A stretch of DNA of 61,802 bases, counting the filler, from Catajapyx aquilonaris (Eukaryota), in NCBI GenBank assembly GCA_000934665.2. It is 2 parts of 2 records of this genome, joined end to end, with 100 filler letters (N's around TTAATTAATTAA, not from the genome) between each part and the next. Parts side by side here need not be neighbours in the genome. Positions count along the whole stretch, not along the records: positions 30,977 to 61,802 come from KZ539182.1; 1 more part is not named here. One strand, written 5' to 3'. Each line of letters begins with the position of its first letter. Positions within the stretch are counted from its first letter, which is position 1. The notes under the pieces are model-generated. The model had not been told where the DNA came from and did not search any database. It saw nothing but the letters and a program-made list of their open reading frames with translations. Positions 54,978-61,802 of the stretch are shown in pieces. A program made the translations under genes and the position numbers.

Positions 54978-56240
54978 ATGATCGTGTTAAATATGCGCGC
55001 GCATGCATCCGGGTCGGGTAATCTGCTTAACAAACTTATCGATAAGTTACCGCTGGAATTGCACATTCCAGGTTACCGTTTCTGCGGACCTGGAACACGA
55101 TTAGAAAAGAGATTGCAAAGTGGAGATGTTGGGATTAATGATTTGGACGAAGCCTGTCGGGAACATGACATTGCTTATGCCAGAGGCGATGATAAGGGGG
55201 AGGCGGATAAAATATTAGCAGAAAAGGCCTGGCGCTTGGTTAAGAGAAGCGATGTATACCTGAAACAGAAGGTGGCTGCAGTGGCCGTAGCTGCTGCAAT
55301 GAGGCTAAAGCGACTTATCGAGGGCCGTGGGGTCATGGCTAGGATAGCAGAAGAAGTCCATCGTTCGGCCAGGCATAATTTTTCTAGGCGTCATGTGATA
55401 ACCAAGGGCCCGAATGATTTGTGGCAGGCTGACCTGGTCGAGATGATACCTTACTCACGATCTAATAAGGGATATAAATATATTCTAATGATAATAGACA
55501 CCTTTACGAAATACGCATGGGCAGTGGCATTGAAGAAAAAGACCGGTGCGGAAGTAACTGCTGGTATCAAGAGGGTTGTGGGGAAAATGTATAAACCTGC
55601 ACACTTACAGACCGACAAGGGAAAGGAATTTTTTAATCGAGAATTTTCCAAGCTGATGCGAGAGCTGAACATTAATCATTATGCCACCAATTCTGACCTG
55701 AAGGCGTCGATTGTTGAGAGATTGAACCGAACAATAAAGAATCGCATGTATAGACGGTTCACCGCTCTCGGTCATTACCGTTGGGTTGATTTATTGCCAA
55801 GTATAATGAAAAACTATAATCAAAGTTATCATCGTACTATAGGCACAACACCTGATAAAGCATATGAATGCGTAGAGAGTGTGGGGAAAAAAATAGCTTC
55901 CTCTCTTAGAGTCCAACTGAAGAAACCTAAATATAAAGTGGGGGATCTAGTACGTGTGTCAAAAATTAGGGGAAAATTTCACAAAGGCTATTTGCCGAAT
56001 TGGAGTCATGAATTATTTCGGATTGAAACGGTGAGACGTAAATCAACGGATCCTGTTACATACACATTGCGTGGGGTGGACGGCTCATTTTATGAGCAGG
56101 AACTCCTGAGAACAAGCATTCCAGACGTGTATTTAGTTGAAAAAGTGCTCAGAAGAAAGGGGGATAAACTTTTTGTTAAATGGAAAGGATTTAGTTCCAC
56201 GTACAACAGCTGGATATCAAAGAGTGACGTAGAGGTATAA
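54978..56240 (+). CDS. Parvovirus-type phospholipase A2 fused to rve integrase and chromodomain
   Basis: PGYRFCGPG...LDEACREHDIAY (PLA2); WQADL, QTDKGKEF, IVERLNRT (DDE triad); YLVEKVLRRKGDKLFVKWKGF...NSWI (chromodomain). One uninterrupted ORF. Confidence 0.92.
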   Translation: MIVLNMRAHASGSGNLLNKLIDKLPLELHIPGYRFCGPGTRLEKRLQSGDVGINDLDEACREHDIAYARGDDKGEADKILAEKAWRLVKRSDVYLKQKVAAVAVAAAMRLKRLIEGRGVMARIAEEVHRSARHNFSRRHVITKGPNDLWQADLVEMIPYSRSNKGYKYILMIIDTFTKYAWAVALKKKTGAEVTAGIKRVVGKMYKPAHLQTDKGKEFFNREFSKLMRELNINHYATNSDLKASIVERLNRTIKNRMYRRFTALGHYRWVDLLPSIMKNYNQSYHRTIGTTPDKAYECVESVGKKIASSLRVQLKKPKYKVGDLVRVSKIRGKFHKGYLPNWSHELFRIETVRRKSTDPVTYTLRGVDGSFYEQELLRTSIPDVYLVEKVLRRKGDKLFVKWKGFSSTYNSWISKSDVEV

Positions 56241-56293
56241 ATAGGGGGTACATATTCCTGACCTTGGTCACATATTCCTGACATTGGTCACAC

Positions 56294-57349
56294 ATGGATC
56301 AGATTCGCAAGTACGCTAAAGCAGATCAGCTGGAAGAATTAGTGCGACTAAAATTTCGGGAGAAGGGTGAGCGCAAAGCTAAAGGCGATGAACAATTAGG
56401 TGATTTTTTTAACCCGTTGACCAAAAAATTAGACGAGCAGCAGCAGCAGCTACTGAAAAGAGAGGAGGTGTCGTACATTGACTTGGAGCCACAGTACGAA
56501 TCTCCCATGATGTACGAATCTCCCATGATAAAAGAAGAGCGAGTCTCTATTAAACAAGCTTCCCCAAGTAGCAAGCGTAGGAGACTTTCATGGCAACCTA
56601 CTCCTACTCATAACACTTCTTTAGAGCAATATATTACTATCCCCCCTACTCTGAATATTGATCATATTCTCACTTCTATGGATCCTATTCCCACCACTAG
56701 CACACACCCTTCTCCCACTGCGAGTAGTAGGTGTCCTTCTCCCTCCTCAAGCACTTCTAGTTTCAGTGTGCATTCTAAGCCTAAGCACATGTTGAGTGAA
56801 GCATTTAGGAGTCAGAATGACCCGGACATAGTATTTGGTGTGAGAGACGTAGAGGATGGGTACAAAATTGGCAGTGAACTTATAACGCTTCTACCAGATG
56901 GAAATTCTATTCAAATCAAGAAAAAGAGGTATGAATTAACACCAGGATTGGTTGAGCTTCTGATTGACCGTAATCCTCATATTTATACTAAGGAGGACTT
57001 TACTAATTATAGCGTCATTTTACACGATACCAATGCCATGAGGCAGGGAAATGATGCTGAAAATTCTAAACCAAAATCTAGCGTCAGCACGAAATGGAGC
57101 CAGTTAGTTAAACCCATATGGCAGGATATGAAATCGGTAACAGGAGAAGGTGTGAAAACTCTTCGAGAAGTTGATTTCTTGCCTTATAAAAGTCCGGATG
57201 ATCTACTTTATCGTTTGCGGGATATTTTAGCTTCACGCAATGCGGGCAACACCTCTCATTTCAACGAGGCCATCTCAATAGCGGAGGAACTACAAAAAAA
57301 TAATTACATAACCTCACATCAGTTCATCATTTTACGTAAAATTATTTGA
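56294..57349 (+). CDS. Conserved Polinton protein of unknown function
   Basis: 351 aa ORF between integrase and capsid genes, with YELTPGLVELL and a C-terminal LLYRLRDILASRNAGNTSH.NE pattern I associate with arthropod Polinton ORFs. Confidence 0.65.
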   Translation: MDQIRKYAKADQLEELVRLKFREKGERKAKGDEQLGDFFNPLTKKLDEQQQQLLKREEVSYIDLEPQYESPMMYESPMIKEERVSIKQASPSSKRRRLSWQPTPTHNTSLEQYITIPPTLNIDHILTSMDPIPTTSTHPSPTASSRCPSPSSSTSSFSVHSKPKHMLSEAFRSQNDPDIVFGVRDVEDGYKIGSELITLLPDGNSIQIKKKRYELTPGLVELLIDRNPHIYTKEDFTNYSVILHDTNAMRQGNDAENSKPKSSVSTKWSQLVKPIWQDMKSVTGEGVKTLREVDFLPYKSPDDLLYRLRDILASRNAGNTSHFNEAISIAEELQKNNYITSHQFIILRKII

Positions 57350-57422
57350 TTTATTGTGGAAGCATATAATTATATGGTATATATTATATATGCACATAAA
57401 GAATGATACTATTATCATTACA

Positions 57423-58130
57423 ATGTTTTTGGAGATTAGTGGCAGGTGTCCGTTAATTAAGGCTTCGTTCTCTCCACCCATACCTTTACATGGAAAATAT
57501 GAATTAGCGTTACTTGGGTTCAATACTCTTTATTCTTCCCCAAATATCGATAACTCGAATTGTGAGTTACAATATTCCAAAGACAATAGAAACCCTGAAA
57601 CAATTAAGTTCCCCTACGGTCACTGGGAAGCGAAGGAAATTGCGGATTACATTAACAAAAAATTACCCGAAATATATATTTCCATAAATGATAACACTGG
57701 ACGGACAGAAATAACATCAAGTAATTCTCGTAAACTTGTTCTATTTTTTTCCGAGCCTAATTCGATTGGAAAAGTGTTGGGTTTCCGTGACAACGTATCC
57801 ATAAACCAGGAATCGCCTCTGGTAGTAAGCAAATATCTCATTAATATCACCAAGGTCTCTTCGTTTCAATTTCACTGTAATATTGTGAGTCAGGGGTATG
57901 TCAATGGGAAGGAAACAAACTTGTTATATTCATATTATCCCGATGTTGCACCCCACTATTCAATAGTCAAGGAAATTGTCAACCCCATTTACCTACCGTT
58001 ATCAGCCTCATTTATTGACGAGATTTACATAAATTTAACTGATCAGGAGGGTCAAAATCTATATAATAGTAGGGATGTGATCACATTTCGCATTCACATT
58101 CAACCTGTGAAACGAGATGTTGTCACGTAA
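57423..58130 (+). CDS. Minor capsid (penton-like) protein
   Basis: FSPPIPLHGKYELALLGF...CNIV..GYVNG...IYLPL...I.INLTDQEG, directly upstream of the major capsid gene. Likely start is MFLEISG at 57423. Confidence 0.8.
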   Translation: MFLEISGRCPLIKASFSPPIPLHGKYELALLGFNTLYSSPNIDNSNCELQYSKDNRNPETIKFPYGHWEAKEIADYINKKLPEIYISINDNTGRTEITSSNSRKLVLFFSEPNSIGKVLGFRDNVSINQESPLVVSKYLINITKVSSFQFHCNIVSQGYVNGKETNLLYSYYPDVAPHYSIVKEIVNPIYLPLSASFIDEIYINLTDQEGQNLYNSRDVITFRIHIQPVKRDVVT

Positions 58131-59406
58131 AGCTCAAAATGTCCTGCATGGATTAATTTCATCACCACTTGGCGATGGGGAGGGAGACGGAGACGTATTT
58201 AAAAGAAGAGAATTAATCGAGTATCAACCAGACACTTCCGATTCAAATTTTCCTAATACTGACATTGTACACCGTTTACCACGACTTGATAGCTACGTAG
58301 ACCTATCAAATTCGTATTATTACTTTAGGGGATCCATTGTGAAAAATGTTGAAGGTGTAGACGTTAGGTTAGACCCAGCTGACAAGATTCATCCTGTAAA
58401 CAACTTTATTTTGTATCATTTCGATAGATTTTCTTGTACTGTGAATGGGTCAGAGGTGGCCTACTTACAGAATTTGGGTCGTGCTTCGACTCTCAAATAC
58501 ATATCATGCTTGCATGAGAAAAATTTGGATATGGAGGGATGGAACCTTTCTGTGAATAGGACCTCCGACTCCCGCATAAGCCCAGACGGTCAATTCTCTT
58601 ACATTATTCCTCTAAAACGTTTTTCTGGATTTTTCGAGGATTTAAACCAGATATTTTACGGACCTTCCATGAAATGCGTTTTGAGTCGAAACGATTTGGT
58701 GCGAGATACGTTACATGTGTATGAAGGTGATGCTGAAGATACTCATAATGCTTACAGGATAAATTTCGAGCAGATTTCATTATTCATTCCTCACCTAGAG
58801 CCGACTCTGGCCACTCACACTAAGTACCTGTCTCTCCTACAACAGGAGGTTCCTTTGGAATTAAAATATAGGGATTTCAGGTGTGGAACTCTTCCATTGA
58901 CTAAGGGAGAAAGCGTGTTTTCGTTCAACGTACCTATTAGCGGTTTGATGGTAAATGTACCGCGGTATGTGGTCATTGGATTCCAAACTGGAAGAGAAAA
59001 TGAATTGAAAAAAGAAACCTCTGAATTTGATCATATATTTCTCCGAGATATAAGTTTATTGTTGAATAATCAACGCTTTCCAGGTAAAGATTTGAATCTG
59101 AACTGGGAACGAATGGAATGTCAGAAATTATACTTTATGTTAATGAAGTTTAAAGACTCTTACTATGGAAGGGAGCTCGAAACGCAGGTGAGCCTCGACG
59201 AATTTAAGAAAAAATGTCCCATAGTAGCATTTGATTGTAGTCATCAGAATAGTGAGCTAACCACTTCTAGTTCCAATATGACACTGGACATACGGTTGAG
59301 CAAGCCCTTAGTAGCTGCTACTCGAATGTATTACCTTTTGATATATGGGAGAACATTTCACATGACTTTTGGGGCGTCCCAAATGATGGAGGTCACAATA
59401 CTATAA
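58117..59406 (+). CDS. Double-jelly-roll major capsid protein
   Basis: 429 aa, beta-rich, with IPLKRFSGFFED, PRYVVIGFQT.R, FDH..LRDI.L.LN.QRFP and PIVAFDCS.Q patterns typical of Polinton MCPs. Confidence 0.85.
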   Translation: MLSRKAQNVLHGLISSPLGDGEGDGDVFKRRELIEYQPDTSDSNFPNTDIVHRLPRLDSYVDLSNSYYYFRGSIVKNVEGVDVRLDPADKIHPVNNFILYHFDRFSCTVNGSEVAYLQNLGRASTLKYISCLHEKNLDMEGWNLSVNRTSDSRISPDGQFSYIIPLKRFSGFFEDLNQIFYGPSMKCVLSRNDLVRDTLHVYEGDAEDTHNAYRINFEQISLFIPHLEPTLATHTKYLSLLQQEVPLELKYRDFRCGTLPLTKGESVFSFNVPISGLMVNVPRYVVIGFQTGRENELKKETSEFDHIFLRDISLLLNNQRFPGKDLNLNWERMECQKLYFMLMKFKDSYYGRELETQVSLDEFKKKCPIVAFDCSHQNSELTTSSSNMTLDIRLSKPLVAATRMYYLLIYGRTFHMTFGASQMMEVTIL

Positions 59407-59439
59407 ATTTCATACGCAATTTACTCATCACTGTCAATT

Positions 59440-59721
59440 ATGCCTAAGAGAAAGAATGCGAAGGTTGTGCGAAAGTCTACATCTCTAAAAAAAAAAGGCG
59501 GATTCCTTCCTCTTCTGATACCCGCCATAGGAGCCCTCGTTTCCGCAATCACAGGAGTGACCAGCGTGGCGTTAAATGCGAAGGCCAATCAGAGAAGATT
59601 GCAGGCTATAGAAAAACAGACCGAAATACTGTCTCAGTTGCGGAAGGGTCAGGGTCTACGCCTAAAACCTTATCCCAAGAAAGGCTCTGGTACGAAGAAA
59701 AAAAAGAGATTAGTCCGCTAA
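59440..59721 (+). CDS. Small basic virion core/membrane-active precursor (adenovirus pX/pVII-like)
   Basis: K/R-rich, with KKGG|FLPLLIPAIGALVSAITG hydrophobic segment and further GxG sites. Confidence 0.7.
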   Translation: MPKRKNAKVVRKSTSLKKKGGFLPLLIPAIGALVSAITGVTSVALNAKANQRRLQAIEKQTEILSQLRKGQGLRLKPYPKKGSGTKKKKRLVR

Positions 59722-60134
59722 CAAATGAAGACATTATATATTTGGCTAGATGGTTACAAGTTAAAGGATTTAAGGGTGTATTTATGCGGGACGAACTCAA
59801 GGGTCGCGTTTCCCAGCAAGAATGTGCCATTGTTAATCTAGATAATAGCAGAGGTGATGGAACACATTGGGTGACCTATTGGAAAAATGGGGAAGATATA
59901 TTTTATTTTGATAGTATAGGTGATATAAAGCCTCCCAACGAGGTGATCAAACATCTTGGACCCAATATAATATATAATACCAGTCGATTGCAAAATCCAG
60001 AAGACGGCGAACCGTCTTGCGGACACCTTTGTCTGATTATCCTCTCGGATTTGAGCCAAGGTCACATCTACGAGGATATTTTACATAGATATGAATCGGT
60101 TTGGAAAGTGTTGCTCCCATCGAGAAGTGAATAG
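59700..60134 (+). CDS. Adenain-like cysteine protease
   Basis: GTHWV, YFDSIG, RLQ and CGHLC catalytic motifs. The frame is open upstream through SPLTNEDI with no ATG before 59784. Confidence 0.88.
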   Translation, partial: KKEISPLTNEDIIYLARWLQVKGFKGVFMRDELKGRVSQQECAIVNLDNSRGDGTHWVTYWKNGEDIFYFDSIGDIKPPNEVIKHLGPNIIYNTSRLQNPEDGEPSCGHLCLIILSDLSQGHIYEDILHRYESVWKVLLPSRSE

Positions 60135-60609
60135 GATGGGGTTGATGAGCCAGTTTGGAGTGGGTATGAATTTTGTGGAGTTTCGGGGGAAGCGATTGAA
60201 TAATGTTGCAGCCCCGGAAGGAGATACGGATTGTGTGACCCTGGGACATCTCAAATCAGTGGCACTACTTAATGAAGAAGATACATATTACAATGCTGGA
60301 GGGAAACGCATAGGTCAAGTGCAAGCCCCAGAAAATGATGCCGACGTGGTCACGCTATCGCACATGCATAGGCTATGTCTAACTATGAATAAACATCACT
60401 ATGCAGCTAATAAACGAAAAATTATTCAATTAGGACCACCAAAGGAGTCCGAAGATGCTGTAAATAAGGATTACGTCGATTCATTAATTCGTACTATGCT
60501 CGAATTAATGATGAATATTGTTAATGAAGAAAAGGATGTAAAAAATCAGATATATAAATTGTTGCACGACCCCCCTATCCATGATGATAATATTCTTATG
60601 AACGAATAA
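60091..60609 (+). CDS. Fibre-like repeat protein
   Basis: Three repeats KRLNNVAAP..DTDCVT, KRIGQVQAP..DADVVT and RKIIQLGPP...EDAVNKDYV; AATAAA overlaps the stop. Confidence 0.6.
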   Translation: MNRFGKCCSHREVNRMGLMSQFGVGMNFVEFRGKRLNNVAAPEGDTDCVTLGHLKSVALLNEEDTYYNAGGKRIGQVQAPENDADVVTLSHMHRLCLTMNKHHYAANKRKIIQLGPPKESEDAVNKDYVDSLIRTMLELMMNIVNEEKDVKNQIYKLLHDPPIHDDNILMNE

Positions 60610-61318
60610 AAATAATTATTTTTATTATAGTTGTTGATGTTGTTATTATTATTTATAGTATTATTTTACAGCCTTCCGCAACCTTAACAGGATATTGGCT
60701 AGACGTGGTTGGACTTTGCTGCAGCCTGCTTGCGCGCAAAATGTTCAAGCGGGCTCCTTCTCCTTGATGATGACGTAGCTATTCGAACAAAGTCGGCATT
60801 ATTCCTCATGTGCTGCACTCAAAAATATAAATCTTAATTATTATTTACAGTATTATTTTACAGCCTTCCGCAACCTGCATAATAATTATTTTTTTACGGA
60901 CTTCCGCAACGAATAGCTACATCTGGCATCAATGTTCAAAATAAAGATCTAGACTGTAACTATACGATATGGTGACATAAATCGGGGTCCCATGCATGGA
61001 GGGTGGTCAAATTTTTGAGGGGTAGGCAACCTGCAACCCATCGCATGATTGCATACCCCTGGGGGATCTGCACATGTATTGCGGGGTGTATACCCTTCAA
61101 GGACCTGACATGGACATGTTATTAATAATAACCCCTTGCATAGCCGTCTGAACGCACCCAAAATAGCTATTAGCCATGTAAAACATGTCCAAAATAGCTA
61201 TTTTATATCAACTAAAAATCAGAATAGTTACATCTAGCAACAATGCTCAATTTTTCCATGCTTCAACATCCATCATAAATAATAATAATTATTATTATTA
61301 ATAAACCTGTACTCGCCT

Positions 61319-61802
61319 TCACAAGCCTTATAACATTATTCTATTATTTCGCCCTCTGCCACCAATGCATTAAAAAAAAAACATCAATAACTGGCGGCCA
61401 TCCTTCTCGGTCAGAGTCCAGCTCTCTTTTCCTGCGATGGCATGAAAGCTTACTCAGCATTATTCCTCTGTGCGCTGTACATGTGTGGGATTACTACCTC
61501 TCGATCCGTGATGAGCCCCTGGCACTTGAGGAGGCCAATATATTGTTTAATTACGATGTTATTAACCTAACATTAAATCTGGCAACCCAACACGTACTTA
61601 CCTTATCTGCCCGAATTCATCTTATGTAAAACATGTTCAAAATAGCTATTATAACTCAAATTCTGAATATTTACATCTGGCAACAATGCTCAAAATAAAG
61701 CTGTGGACTCTAACTATACAATAATATTAATCTGGAGTAACCTTGCACAGCCACCCGAATGCACCCAAAATAGCTATTAGCCATTCGAATGCGCCCAAAA
61801 TA
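61319..61802 (-). repeat. Right terminal inverted repeat (partial, cut by window edge)
   Basis: Reverse complement of about 49646-50183. Confidence 0.85.

Larger units (their letters stand above)
49216..61802. mobile_element. Endogenous Maverick/Polinton (adintovirus-like) element, right end just outside the window
   Basis: Candidate left terminus AGTAGTA at 49216. 49646-50183 is inverted at 61319-61802. Contains rve integrase, A32-like ATPase, major and minor capsid proteins, adenain protease and PLA2. Confidence 0.92.

Overview
Eukaryotic genomic DNA, most likely arthropod: it has short spliceosomal introns, TTAGG-type repeats, tRNA-derived SINEs and divergent ionotropic receptors. There are several N gaps and an artificial TTAATTAATTAA linker at 30921-30932, so the two halves may not be contiguous. 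Host content comprises a 10-exon carboxylesterase plus a paralogous fragment, tRNA-Leu(TAG), a small heat-shock protein ORF, an RRM fragment, two intronless F-box/LRR genes (one split by a Transib-like insertion with a CGGCA target-site duplication, TSD) and a tandem cluster of three ionotropic-receptor-like copies (one intact). Many MITEs, SINEs, a LINE, and P-element and Helitron remnants are interspersed. The main feature is an endogenous Maverick/Polinton (adintovirus-like) element of about 13 kb, from 49216 to beyond the right edge, bounded by ~1 kb inverted repeats. It encodes a packaging ATPase, major and minor capsid proteins, an adenain protease, a PLA2-integrase-chromodomain fusion, a fibre-like repeat protein, an intron-containing exonuclease-like gene and an intron-containing IAP. 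I find no protein-primed DNA polymerase B in it. It also has a ~185 bp subterminal hairpin, a CpG-rich internal repeat array and a candidate -1 frameshift for protease expression. All calls come from reading motifs by eye; no database searches were run.
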